A DNA stretch of 64,000 nt, taken from positions 868,001-932,000 of the forward strand of contig CAKKNE010000006.1 of the NCBI GenBank assembly GCA_918797485.1. The letters are read 5' to 3'. Positions 35,001 to 45,903 of this stretch are shown here, in pieces. The DNA is from Pelagomonas calceolata (lineage: Eukaryota). The position numbers and the translations under genes are program-made. How positions within the stretch are numbered: the stretch's first letter is position 1; each line of letters starts with the position of its first letter. A model generated the notes under the pieces. The model worked only from the letters and a program-made list of their open reading frames with translations. It was not told where the DNA came from and did no database searches.

Positions 35001-38000
35001 CGCCGGGCTGGAGGCCTGCGTCGTACAGATGCGTTGACTCTCGTGTGATGATCACGACGGCGTCGAGGCGGCGCGGCATCGCGTCGACGCCGTCGCGGCG
35101 ACCGCGTACTCTCTGACACGCCGCACGGCCCTGACGCGGTCCGAATCGGCTCGAAATCGAAAAACAAACGACCCACGTCCACCACTCCCGGAGACGAGTC
35201 GCGTCGATGGCGTGAAGGCGCCTCTACACTTCAAAACGCGGAGAGCGGACCTTCGGCCGCGTTCATCTCCTCGATCTTCCGCGCCGTCGGACTCCAGAGG
35301 ATGCCCACTTTGTACGCGATGGCCTCGGCGGTGCCCGGGTGGTCGCCGGTGACCATGATGACCTTGATGCCGGCTGTTTTGCACTTCGCGACGGCGCCCG
35401 GCACGGCCTCGCGCGGCGGGTCGACGAGGGCCATGAGTCCCAGGAAGATCAAGCCTTCGCCCGACTTCGGGTGGGGCGGATCTAAGGGCTTGCCCTTGTC
35501 GTCGACCATGCCGGCCTTGTACGACGCGAGGGCCTTGGATTCGCCTGCGTGTGACACATGTCACTTCCATCATTCCTGGAGACGAGTCGCGTCGGGACGC
35601 CGGGATGCGCCGAGCGGGAAGTTCGCCGTGCTCTTGCCCAAATCTCTCCCGTCGGACCAAGGGTAGGCCTTGCCGTAGGCCTTGATCGGTAAGGTTTTCG
35701 TGCAGAAGCCTAGCACGCGTAAGCCGTTGTTGCCCATGGCCATCTGGGCCTTCTCGACCTCACTGCGCAGTTCTTGAGTGAACTCCACAACGCGACCGTC
35801 GCCACACATGTACTGCGTGCACCGATCAATAATACGTTCGGGGGCGCCCTTCATGTAGATCGTCCGGTCCTTGTCGTCATTCTCGGGGTCCGGCGACTCG
35901 CAGTGCACGTGGACCTGCGCGGAGCATCGCGGTCCGATGTGGCATCGCGTCGGCGGCGTCCTGACGACCACGTAGACTCTCGTGGGATCACGGCGATGAC
36001 GTCTCGTGAAGACGCCATCGACGCGTGACACGCCGCGACGGCCCCGACGCGGTCCGAACGGCCTCAAACTCGAAAAAGAAACCACCCACGGCATCGTGAG
36101 ATGGAGACGAGTCTCATGGACATGACGGGACGCCGCGGCCGCGCCTGGTACTTGTTCTTGCTGTTGAAGGGGATGTCGAAGACCTTGCCGAAGTCGCGGC
36201 GCATCTCGTCCACGTCTCTTTTCCCGAAGCAGGCCTGGATCGGGCCGCCCTGGGCGAACTTGATCATGGCGCCCTCCGACGCGTTGCCCCGCGTCTTCCA
36301 GAGGATTTCCGTGATCGTGGAGCCGTCGCCCTGGACCCGGACCTTGGAGAAGGGTAACAGGACTCTTTTGCCCGTCACCTCGTCTTCGAAGTACTTGTCG
36401 AAGTTGCACGTGTTGCACAAGGTACTACACTTGACCAGGGCCTTAAAACCCGCACTTTCAGTATCAAAGGTCGAAATTCCTTTGGTAAATGAGGACCCGG
36501 CGTCCTGGATCTTGGGCGCGCCGTTCGTGTCGTAGACGACTTGCGCGACGGTCATGATGTTCTGGGTGAGCGTGCCCGTCTTGTCGGAGCAGATGCAGGA
36601 CGTGCTGCCGAGCGTCTCGACGCCTGTGTGAAGACGCCATCGCCGCGACCGCGACTCTCTCGCGAGGCGCCTGGGCGCTCCGGCGGCCGCGTCGACGGCG
36701 TCACGGTGACTCTCTGACACGCCGCGGGCCCCGACGTGGTCCGAATCGGCCCAAAATCAACAAAGAAACCACCCACGACGTCGTCTGATGGACACGAGTC
36801 GCCTCGATGGCGTGAAGGCGCCGCAGCACCGCGGAACGGCGAGATACGACGCTGAGCCCGCACCCTCCAAGTTCTTGACCATGACCTTCTTCGTGTACAT
36901 CCTCTTCGCTGTGAGAGTGAGACAGACGGTCACCGTCGCCAGCAGCCCCTCGGGCACCTGCGTGGCACGACGCCGTCACGACACGACCGCGACTCTCTCA
37001 CGAGGTGCGTGGGCGCTCTGGCGACCGCATCGACGACGTCGAGGCGGTGCGGCATCGCCTCGACGCCATCGCCGCGACCGCGCACTCTCTCTCTGCCACG
37101 CCGCGACGACGGCCCCGACGCGGTCCGAAATGGCTCGAAATCCAAAAAGAAACCACCCACGTCGTCGTGAGATGGCCACGCGTCGCGTCGATGGCGTGAA
37201 GGCGTCTCTACACGACGGGACGCCGAGATACGCACGTTGGCCACGATGATCCCAATCATAAAAACCAATGAAGTAACGGCGTCTTGGCCCATGCCGAGCG
37301 CCGCGGCAAAGAAACTAATACCAAGGGCAAACGCGATCGCGGAGATGATCTGGATGAAGTGGTGGATCTCCTTATTTATTGGCGTCTGCTCGGCTTCCGT
37401 GGAGAGGGCGAGCTGCGCGATCTTGCCGATGACCTGTGCGGAGACTCTCGTGTGATGATGACGGTCCGAATTCACTCAAAATCAAAAAAGAGACCACCCA
37501 CAACATGATACGAGTCCCACCAACAAAGTGAAGGCACCTTTACCAGTCAAGACGCGGCGAGCGCACGGTGTTGTCCGCGATCTTGACGACGACGCCGACG
37601 CAGGAGCCTTCCGGCACTTGCGTGCCGAAGAAGCACAAGTTCGCCGTTTCCAACGGGTCCGCGTTCGTGCATTCCGGCTTGCGCTTGATCGGATCCGATT
37701 CTCCAGTTAACGAAGAATTGTCGACGCACATGTTCGGCGAGCATTCTAATACTCTTATATCAGCCGGGACTAAGTCTCCTTGTTCTAACTTGACGATGTC
37801 ACCAATGGTAATCAAAGCCGCGTCCACAAAGCTGACTTCCCCGCCCCGCACGACGGTCACGCGCGGCGGCCGCATGGACTTGAACTCGTTCATCATGTTG
37901 TCGGACTTGGCGTTTTGTAAATAGGAAAACACTCCGGTCACCGTGACGACGCAGAACAACACGACCCCAAGGTAGAGGTTGTCGGCCTGCGGCAGCATGC

Positions 38001-38319
38001 CGTAACTCACGAAGCAGGCCACGCCGGCCGCCCACAATAATAAGTTGAACTCGCCCGTCATCTCGTCCATGAACTTGACCCACTCCGGCGTTTTTGGTGG
38101 GGGGGTGAGCTCGTTCGTGCCGAACTCGGCCAAGTTCGCGGCCGCTTGCTCCGGCGTCAGGCCCCTCTCTTGACTGGTCTTGTAGCCCTTCAGCAGGTCC
38201 TCGAGCTCGACCTGGTGTTCCGTCATGGTGACGTTCTGTCGGAGCTTTTTAGCTTGTTCTTCTTTCGCGGCGCCGCTGGCGGAGCAGCCCTTCTGGTAGA
38301 GCTTCTCGAACCAGCCCAT
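32039..38319 (-). CDS. ATP1A: Na+/K+-ATPase alpha-type P-type IIC ATPase, 11 exons: 37567..38319, 37236..37433, 36864..36957, 36145..36623, 35611..35914, 35251..35544, 34717..35015, 34172..34453, 32567..33904, 32307..32377, 32039..32153; ~1408 aa
   Basis: [70 protein letters not shown] and C-terminal KSTYY. The exon lengths sum to 4227 nt, a multiple of 3. Confidence 0.93.
32378..32558. mobile_element. Introner family A; GT-AG intron 32378-32566 on minus strand, 189 nt, stop-free
   Basis: TIR CTGTGTGGAAATCAA and degenerate TTTGATGTCCACCCCG; exact TSD CCGAGCAC at 32370-32377 and 32559-32566. Confidence 0.92.
33905..34162. mobile_element. Degenerate family A introner; GC-AG intron 33905-34171 on minus strand
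   Basis: Decayed TIRs CTGCGTGAAAG / GATTTCCACACCG; TSD not recognisable. Splicing restores PRNAATDHLV. Confidence 0.65.
34454..37566 (-). repeat. Repeat family B in seven consecutive ATPase introns (34454-34716, 35016-35250, 35545-35610, 35915-36144, 36624-36863, 36958-37235, 37434-37566)
   Basis: Shared plus-strand blocks GGTCCGAA..GGCTC.AAA..AAACCACCCAC..GATGGA.ACGAGTCGCGTCGATGGCGTGAAGGCGCC..GGGACGCCGAGATACGCAC, with variable completeness. Confidence 0.85.
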
Positions 38320-39137
38320 GGTGGCCTGCGCGGGGGGCGGGTCGCGGCGGCGGCGTGGGGGGGCGCTTGGCGGAGGCGTTGCGGCCGCGGCGGGGCGCGC
38401 GGCGCGCGCGGGGCGGCGCCGGGCGCGGGCGCCGGCGGCGCGGGGTCGGGCGTGCCGGGCAGCGCACGGGCGGTGCGCGCGCCGCCGGCGCGCCGCCGCG
38501 CGCGGGCGCCGCTTGGGGCTTGGTGAGGAAGGCTTTTGCGCCACGCCGCGGCGAGGCCGGGCAGCCCCGCGCTCGGCTTGGTGGATCGTGGACGCTGGGA
38601 AGGGTACGGTGTCGGTCGCGGGCAGCCCCCTTCGCAACCTGGCGCTCTACTTCCTCTGAGCGCAATGGCGGAGACGGCGAGAGGCCGGGGCTAGTGTGAT
38701 GCCCTCCTCGATCTCCGAGTTGACGCGGCTATTCTAGGCGTCCGGCGACAGTTCGGGCCGGCGCGCGAGCCTTCTATACGCGTGGGGTGCGTTTTTGTTG
38801 CCATTGTGTGGTGCACATTCGCGCGCGCTAAGAGTGGGCATTTGCTCCCCAAGCCGGCGTAAGGGTGGGTCGCCGCGCTTAGTAACCCTGTCATGCGTGC
38901 GTACACGCCCGGGAAACTTAGTTGAATTCAAAGGAATACGTGCGGGATTAAGGAAAACATAATCCGACTGCCGATACTCTGGCAGTCCGTGCGCGGCGCC
39001 AGTGCACTGCTGTTGCACGCAACTCCCGCAGAACACTCTGAGCGACCCGTTCCTTGCTGCCCGCTCCCAAAAACCCCGGCGGAATTGCGTGTTTTTGCTG
39101 CCAAGCCCCCACTTCAAATTTTGTCTCAAGGAGCAGC

Positions 39138-40094
39138 ATGGCAACCGTGCTGCCTAGCTTCGACAACCACCCGCTGCTCGCCGATGCCGAGCTCGATTGC
39201 CTCCTGGACGACGACTGGGCCGCCGCGGAGCTGCAGTCGGCGGACCTGCAGCCCCTCGCCGCGCCTCCGCCGGAGGCTGCCCCGGAGCCGGCGCCACCGA
39301 CGCCGGTCGCCAAGGCGGGCTCCGCGGTGCTCATCGAGCCGCCGGCCGAGGTCGCGGGCTTCGTGCGCACGCTCTTCACGCTGCTGCGCGTCTGCGACCC
39401 CGTCGTCATCGGCTGGTCCCGCGACGGCAAGGTCTTGTTGGTGCGCGACCCGGCGCGCTTCGCCGCCGAGGTCTGCCCGAAGTTCTTCCGGCACAAGAAC
39501 TTCAACAGCTTCACGCGATTGCTGAACATGTACCAGTTCCACAAGCGGCCGCACGAGAAGGAGCTGGTGGGCAACGGCGTCGCCTTCGCCCACGAGTCCT
39601 TCATGAGAGGGCGGGAAGACCTCCTGGCCAAAATTAAGAGGCGGCGCGCGCCGAAGAAGGCTCCGGCCGAGAAGAAGAAGCGCAAGGCGTCAACCACAAA
39701 ACCCGAGGACGCGCCGGCCTGGATGCGCCGCGTCGTCGACCTGGAGTCGGAGCAGAAACGATTGAAAGCTGAGAACGAGCGCCTGCGCCGGAACGAGGCC
39801 GAGGTCCGCGCGCTCCGCGACCAGGTCGCGCAGCAGCGCGCCTACATCGGCCAGCTGAGCGCCACATTGGGAGGCGGCGTCCCGAACGCGGCGGCGCTGA
39901 ACGGGTTGGCCGCGGCGCTGATGGCGGCGCCGGGCTGGGCCCTGGGCGCCGCGCCGCCGCCACCACCGGCGGGCGACGAGCCGCTGGACCGCGGCGCCCG
40001 CATGATCCGCGAGCTCCTCGAGGCGTCGGGCCTCTCGGCCGCGGACGTCGGCGCGCTCGCGCCGGTGCCGCCGGCCGCGCCGGAGGAAGCGTAG
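39138..40094 (+). CDS. Heat-shock-factor-type transcription factor
   Basis: FVRTLFTLL..IGWSRDG..FFRHKNFNSFTRLLNMYQFHK..FAHESFMRGREDLLAKIKRR HSF DNA-binding domain plus coiled coil. Confidence 0.92.
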   Translation: MATVLPSFDNHPLLADAELDCLLDDDWAAAELQSADLQPLAAPPPEAAPEPAPPTPVAKAGSAVLIEPPAEVAGFVRTLFTLLRVCDPVVIGWSRDGKVLLVRDPARFAAEVCPKFFRHKNFNSFTRLLNMYQFHKRPHEKELVGNGVAFAHESFMRGREDLLAKIKRRRAPKKAPAEKKKRKASTTKPEDAPAWMRRVVDLESEQKRLKAENERLRRNEAEVRALRDQVAQQRAYIGQLSATLGGGVPNAAALNGLAAALMAAPGWALGAAPPPPPAGDEPLDRGARMIRELLEASGLSAADVGALAPVPPAAPEEA

Positions 40095-40176
40095 CCCCCT
40101 TCTCGCCTCGTAAGATCTACTTTTTTGGATATTACTACGAGGGCCTCGACGCGGCCACGTGCCCTAAAACCCCGGG

Positions 40177-41238
40177 TCAGAAGGGTGCCTGGCCATTCGA
40201 GCCGAGCCGGGCGAGAAAGTCGAGCTGCCTTTGGCGGGATGCAGCGGCCTGTTGTACACCCTCGCGTTGCATCTCGTCCATGAGTTCGTGGAACTGCGCG
40301 TTGCGTTGCATCGCATCTTGCAGGATTCTGCGTTGCGTTGCCATCGCATCTTCATACCAGTCGGGGACGTGGCCCTGCGTAGTGGCCGGCGCGGCGAGGC
40401 TTTGGTGGGGGTTAGACATCCTGTCCAGGTCTCGGCGCCACTGCTCTCTTTCCCTCATTCTCTGGAGCAGATCTTGCCGGAATCTCCCTTGCGTTGCCCG
40501 CATTTGATCAAGCCAGTCGGGGACGTGGCCCTGCGTAGGGGCCGGGGCGGCGAGGCTTTGGTAGGGATCAGATAACGGTTGGTGTGGGACGTGGTCCTGA
40601 GTAGTAGCCCTAAGTGCGATCTCCGAGGCTTCATCTTCGACGAAGTCGCTCCACATCAGCACCTTGTCGCAGCCGAAGACGGCGCACTTTTTTCCACCAG
40701 GAACCTTGAAGTAGGCCCGGACCGAGGCCGCGGAGTAGACGTGGCCGCACGGCCGCGCCTTCATCGGCTGCACTAGTAAACCGGTGGAGATGGGGCACGT
40801 CAAGGCCGCCTCGCTCGTGTCGTGCGTATCATCTACGACGACGTCCTCGTCCTCGCCTGGCGCGGCGGCCGGTGACGGAGAGCGGCTGCGGCTGCGGGAG
40901 CGACTCACGGAGCGGGAGCGGGAGCGCCCAGTGCGCGGTTCGTCGTCGTCGCCGAGATAGCGAGCTCGCTGCGCGCGGCCGCGATCGACCGTCCCGCTCC
41001 TGGCAAGACTGCTCGTAATCGGCGCCGCGCCGAAGGGGGACGACGCGGGCGCCAGCTTACCCCAGGGCGCGGGGTTCAAAGGGGCTGCGGGCGCCGCCAA
41101 CCAGAGCGAGGGCTTGTCGAGCGACTCGCGCGCGGCCGACGGCGAGCGGCTCCGGCTCCGGCTGCGGCTGATGGAGCGAGAGCGGCCGCGTGAGGGCCCG
41201 TTGCGGACGTTCACGACGTTGGGCTGCTTCTGGTCCAT
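40177..41238 (-). CDS. SP-RING (Nse2/Mms21-type zf-Nse) domain protein with RS repeats
   Basis: LTCPIS..PMKARPCGHVYS..CAVFGC; two RSRSRS tracts; duplicated QSLAAPA.TQGHVPDW repeat. Confidence 0.7.
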   Translation of the reverse strand: MDQKQPNVVNVRNGPSRGRSRSISRSRSRSRSPSAARESLDKPSLWLAAPAAPLNPAPWGKLAPASSPFGAAPITSSLARSGTVDRGRAQRARYLGDDDEPRTGRSRSRSVSRSRSRSRSPSPAAAPGEDEDVVVDDTHDTSEAALTCPISTGLLVQPMKARPCGHVYSAASVRAYFKVPGGKKCAVFGCDKVLMWSDFVEDEASEIALRATTQDHVPHQPLSDPYQSLAAPAPTQGHVPDWLDQMRATQGRFRQDLLQRMREREQWRRDLDRMSNPHQSLAAPATTQGHVPDWYEDAMATQRRILQDAMQRNAQFHELMDEMQREGVQQAAASRQRQLDFLARLGSNGQAPF

Positions 41239-41648
41239 GTTGGCGACGGGCGAGTGGCCTCGGCGCGTCACGGTGCTTTTGTGGAGCCCCAGCCGCGATT
41301 GCCGGGCGGCAAGAAGGCACAGCCAGAGAGGGCAGCCCGTGAGTTTGCGACCCGCAGAGCCCGGTGGGCGGGTGGAGGAGCTCTGTGCCCCCAAGCCATG
41401 CCTTGAGACCGCTTCTACAGGCTTCTACGCTCGGCTTGAAAAAACCCGTTCCAGCCCGCCGCGGTTTTTGCGCGCGGCTAAAAGCGGTCTGTGTGCGCTC
41501 TACCGATAGCGCCCCAGCGCGCCGCAAGGTCTGAGACACCGCGCTGATATCACTGAGTGGCTCAGTCGCAGCTCAGCTATCAGCGCGCGCGGATTAACTC
41601 AGTACCGGCTCCAACAGTCACAGCAAAAAGAAGCAACGCCGCGCAACC

Positions 41649-44600
41649 ATGAACGGCTTCTCCGTCCCCATCCACCTGAAAGACCTAGAAATCGGCGGCG
41701 GCAAGTACGTCGTCGACGGCGACAAGGCCGCCGCCGGCATACCAAGAGACGCCGCCACGCAGCGCCAAGAAATAGAGCGAATTAGAGCAGAGCTCGAGAC
41801 CAGCGGCGCACCAAGTGTAGTCGCCGAGTTCGACGCGTTGTATGTGCTCACCAGAGACGCTGAAAGTTTGGACGCCCAAGCGCGAAGCGCGCTCGCGCAA
41901 GTCCTCTGCGAGACCGCTCTTGGTGTGGCCTCCGCCTCCGAAGCCCTGAAGCCCGGCGCGACGCTGGACAAGGAGGATTTGGATGAAGGCCGTAAAGCCT
42001 TCGTCATGGCCGCGGTGCTCGCGCAAGCCGTTGTAGAAAAATGCGACGCCGTGTCACTGCGCGAGAAGGCCTTGAAAGACAAGAAGAAGAAGGATGCGTG
42101 GTCCAAAGATAGAATAGGGTGTTTGGAGGGCCTCCACAACGCTTTGAAGGCTATTGACGTGGCCTGGCTCTGGAACCTCAGAGTGGTAGATGAGGCTTGT
42201 TTACTGTTGTGGGTGAGAGCCGGCGCGAGGGCCCTGCCCTTGAGTCGAGGCGCGGCCAACGGTGCGCAACGAGCCGCGGCGCACGCCTGCGTCGTCGACG
42301 CCATTACGAGCGCGCCGGTCGAGTTCGGCGCCCCCGCGGCCGCGGCGTTAGTCGAAGATTTAGTACTCAGAGACGAGGCCGGCGCGAAGGATGCGGCGGA
42401 CCTGTGTGCGGCGGGCGGCGGCGGTCGTGTGGCCGGTGATTTGCTGAGGGAGCTGGATCGCGTGTCGGGCGAATCTGGTGACAGTTCCGCGAAACTCGTG
42501 GCGGCCTTCGTCGACCACTTGGGCCAAAGGGCGCCGTCGGCCGCGGCTCCTCATGTGGCGTCGTTGAAGGCTCAGTTAGCTTCCACTCACTACGGGCTGC
42601 GGTCTGCGGTCGTGTCCGCTTTGTCAAGTGTCGTGTGCGAGGACGCGGCCGACCGCCACGCGGAGAAGGAGAAGACCCTGTTGGCGGACGATGCGAGAGA
42701 CGCGTTGTTGGATCTCGTCGTGGAGCGTAGTAGAGATGCCTCGCACTGGACGCGGGCGGCCACGATGCGGGCCTGTGCCAAGTTAGTGGAGCATAGGGCC
42801 GTACCTCGAGACCGCTACGCCGACGTCGCGTCGGCCGTCTGCGGCCGGTTGAAGGACAAGACGGCTCAAGTCAGGAAGAACGCCCTCGACTCCGTCTGTG
42901 CTCTACTTGCACACAACCCGTTCGCCCCGGTCTTGGACCCGGCGCCCCACGAACTGCGGGCCGACGCTCTCCAAGCGGCGGCCGTCGCGGACCACGCTTC
43001 TACGGTACTGAGGGATAGAAGAAGGGCCGAGGCCGTCCTCGCGAAACAAGAAGACGACTCGGTAGAGGTAGAACAGGTCGACGAGGCCCTCGAGGACGCG
43101 CTCCAGGACGAGCGAGACAAAAGGAGAGTGGAGCTCGACTACCACGTCGGCGTGCTGCGACTAGTACATTGTGTGGAGGCCTCGCACGGGATCATCGACC
43201 GACTCGCGCGGTCGTCGACGGCGTCGGACGCCGTGGGCGCCGCGCGCGTCTTCGGCGCTTGCCGGGCCTTTGAGTTGCCTTCCGGAAAGACTGGACTCAG
43301 AGCCGTGTTGCGGTTAGCCTGTTCGTCTCACGACGCCGTCAAGGCGGAAGCTGCAAAAGTTGTTGCGGCTTCGTTGGACGTCCAGGCCTGCGAAACGGGT
43401 TCACACAAGGCGCTGGAGGCGGCGAAACGGGCCTGTTCTCTGATCAAAGGATGTGGAAGTGTCGACCTCCAGTGCCTCGAGGCGCTCATCGCGGCCGCCG
43501 AAAAAGCCGCTGGAGAGAAGAAGGACTTTGAGAGAGTTGCTACGCCGAAACTAGTGAGGGCGCTCTGGGACGTGGCGTCCGCTTCGAAGGTCGACGCGTC
43601 GACGCGCGTCGCGGCGTGTCGGTTCCTAGCTACTTGTTGTAGTGCGGTCGGCAGCAAGGTTGTGGACGGTCCTGCGTTGTCAGATGCGGCGCAGTTCGTG
43701 GTCGTTGAGGATAGTGTCGATTGCGCCTTGGCCGAAGCACTTGCGAGGTTGGTGCGCGATAGCTCGAGAAACGGGCAGAAGCCGGAACTCGTGGCGACCT
43801 GTGCTCTGCTGCGGGAGGCCTTATTTGCTCATGATTCGGGCGACGGCCACTGGTACGGGGCCTGCGACGCCGTCTTGGCGGCTACATTTCAATTGGAAGG
43901 CGATCCTGAACAGTGTGTCGGCGACGCGCTGCGAAGCTTGGCGGAGAAGGCCCAGTTGCTCAGCGAGGAACCGGAGGGCAAGGCCGGTGCTCTAGCTCGT
44001 TGCTTACATGCCGCGGGCGCCGCGGCGTTGTTGGGTCTCGTCGCGGTCGAAGATTTAGGTTCCCGAATGAAGAAGGGCGCTCAGCCCGTGAAGAAGGTGG
44101 TCGTCGAGGGCGACGACGACGACCTGGCGAACGCCGCTGGCGGCGCTGGCGAGGACGCGGAACGAGATGCGCGATTGCTACGCTTGGTTGAGGAGAAAAT
44201 TGTTGGAGTGAAAGCGGACGGCTTCGTCGCGGCGCTCGCACCGGTCGCGGCGAAGGTCGCGTCCAGAGCGTTAGCTAGACGCGGCGCCGTGCCCGGCGTC
44301 CTGCACCGGTCGGCGGTGTTATTCTTAGCCAAGGTGTCCTGCGTGTCGCGCGGCGTCTGCGAGGAATATCTCCCGTTGTTGATCACGACGCTGGCGCGAG
44401 CGCCGGACGCTCTAGCTAGACAAAATGTAGCGGTAGCATTAGGTGACCTCGCCTCGAGACAACCTAATAGCGTGGAACCATGGACGGATCACGTGTATGG
44501 GGCTCTTCGCGACTCGGACGCTACTGTGAGAGCGGCAGTGCTCGCTACTTTAGCTCACTTAGCGTTGAATGACATGATCAAGGCGCGCGGCGGCGGCGTG

Positions 44601-45530
44601 GCCGAAGTGGCTCTGCTGGTGGTCGACGGCGACGACACGATCCGAAGACGCGCGCGGGCCTTCTTTGAAGAATTGCACAAGAAGTCGACGGCCCAAAGTT
44701 CGCCGATCTACAACCTCTTGCCCGATGTGGTGTCGCGGTTGTCTGCCGCTCGGCGGGGCCCCGTCACGCCCGTCGTCCAAGAAGAGGAGGCGCCGTCGTC
44801 GCCGAAGAAGACCCTGCGGTTCAGCGTCGCCCCGTCGCCCGTCCAGAACGAGGCCGCGAAGAAGTTGAGATTCTCGGTAGCGCCCTCGCCCAAGAAACGC
44901 GTCTCGATCCTCGAAGAGAAGGACGAAACGCTATCCGCGGTAGACTTCCAGGCGATCATGGGCTTCCTCCTGAACTTCGTGGACAAGGAGAAGCACGCCG
45001 AGGCGCTGGCCGAGAAGTTGTGCCAAAGACTAGACGCGACCAAGGCTGATGACGACGACGCGGTGGCGAAGGCGCGCAAGGCGACCGGCGACGTCGACGC
45101 CCAGACCGCGTCGCGGCGCGACTTGAGCTTTTGTTTAGGGCGGTTGATGCTCACGGAGAAAGTCACTAGGAAGCTGGCCGAGAGCATCGCGCTGTACAAG
45201 GACGCGTTACCGGACGAGGGCGTGTATGCTGCTTTTACCGCTATTGTGGCGAAGGCGAGAAAACTACCGAAAGTGGACGCGCTGAAGGAGTTGTTAGATG
45301 ACTGGGAGGCGAAGCTCCTAGCTGGTCATGAACGTAGGTTGGACCTGGACGGGGCTGGACCGGCGGCTGTACCACAATCGGCCAAGAAGAAGAAGGCGCC
45401 GGCCAAGAAGCGCGCGACGCGCAAGAAGAAGGTCGTCCAGTCGGACTCGGACGATGAGGGCGGTGATGCTCTCGCGGAGAACGTGCCGCGGGCGACGCGC
45501 ACGCGGCCGCGGCGGGGCGTGCGCGCTTAG
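41649..45530 (+). CDS. NCAPD2: Condensin complex subunit 1 (CAP-D2/Cnd1/Ycs4)
   Basis: 1293-aa HEAT-repeat protein; GRLKDKTAQVRKNA, LLAHNPF, RQNVAVALGDLA..PN.VEPWT, HLALNDMIK, IYNLLPDVVSRL. Confidence 0.93.
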   Translation: MNGFSVPIHLKDLEIGGGKYVVDGDKAAAGIPRDAATQRQEIERIRAELETSGAPSVVAEFDALYVLTRDAESLDAQARSALAQVLCETALGVASASEALKPGATLDKEDLDEGRKAFVMAAVLAQAVVEKCDAVSLREKALKDKKKKDAWSKDRIGCLEGLHNALKAIDVAWLWNLRVVDEACLLLWVRAGARALPLSRGAANGAQRAAAHACVVDAITSAPVEFGAPAAAALVEDLVLRDEAGAKDAADLCAAGGGGRVAGDLLRELDRVSGESGDSSAKLVAAFVDHLGQRAPSAAAPHVASLKAQLASTHYGLRSAVVSALSSVVCEDAADRHAEKEKTLLADDARDALLDLVVERSRDASHWTRAATMRACAKLVEHRAVPRDRYADVASAVCGRLKDKTAQVRKNALDSVCALLAHNPFAPVLDPAPHELRADALQAAAVADHASTVLRDRRRAEAVLAKQEDDSVEVEQVDEALEDALQDERDKRRVELDYHVGVLRLVHCVEASHGIIDRLARSSTASDAVGAARVFGACRAFELPSGKTGLRAVLRLACSSHDAVKAEAAKVVAASLDVQACETGSHKALEAAKRACSLIKGCGSVDLQCLEALIAAAEKAAGEKKDFERVATPKLVRALWDVASASKVDASTRVAACRFLATCCSAVGSKVVDGPALSDAAQFVVVEDSVDCALAEALARLVRDSSRNGQKPELVATCALLREALFAHDSGDGHWYGACDAVLAATFQLEGDPEQCVGDALRSLAEKAQLLSEEPEGKAGALARCLHAAGAAALLGLVAVEDLGSRMKKGAQPVKKVVVEGDDDDLANAAGGAGEDAERDARLLRLVEEKIVGVKADGFVAALAPVAAKVASRALARRGAVPGVLHRSAVLFLAKVSCVSRGVCEEYLPLLITTLARAPDALARQNVAVALGDLASRQPNSVEPWTDHVYGALRDSDATVRAAVLATLAHLALNDMIKARGGGVAEVALLVVDGDDTIRRRARAFFEELHKKSTAQSSPIYNLLPDVVSRLSAARRGPVTPVVQEEEAPSSPKKTLRFSVAPSPVQNEAAKKLRFSVAPSPKKRVSILEEKDETLSAVDFQAIMGFLLNFVDKEKHAEALAEKLCQRLDATKADDDDAVAKARKATGDVDAQTASRRDLSFCLGRLMLTEKVTRKLAESIALYKDALPDEGVYAAFTAIVAKARKLPKVDALKELLDDWEAKLLAGHERRLDLDGAGPAAVPQSAKKKKAPAKKRATRKKKVVQSDSDDEGGDALAENVPRATRTRPRRGVRA

Positions 45531-45903
45531 ATTCCTTTCCCCCCTCTCCCGTGTAAAAAGCTACTCACGGCGCGTGACTCGACTTGTGCGTGGGCGCGCG
45601 GCGCGCCTGCCGCGCCGGAGGGCCCGCGCGGCCTCGGAAGTCGACCTGTTTGCATGTTTCTCGACGAGGGAGAGATGCAGATTTATCGTCGGGGCAGCAA
45701 GGACTATGCGCGGCGGCGGCGGTTCAAAACCCGAGAGCCATTTGATTGCTCGAGGCTGCGCGGTTGTTAGCGCCCTAAACGCGCAAACTACCGGTTCTCA
45801 GAAGAGCAGCAGCAGCGGACATCAGCGCTGTTTGCATAACACACCACAGCTGAGAGAATTTTCGCTGCGCGCCATCGCTGCGCCTCGTAACACAGCACTC
45901 AAG

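Noticed and set aside
34454..37566. Regularly recurring repeats resembling a CRISPR array
   Set aside because: Repeats are long, variable and bounded by splice sites; the 'spacers' are ATPase exons; eukaryotic context and no cas genes.
38320..38520. Extremely GC-rich tract upstream of the ATPase start, read as an N-terminal extension
   Set aside because: Low complexity; ends in CAG just before the ATG context on the minus strand, so more likely a 5' UTR or UTR intron.
32039..38637. Fragmented ATPase ORFs suggesting a pseudogene
   Set aside because: Ten GT/GC-AG introns join all fragments into one intact frame with all catalytic motifs.
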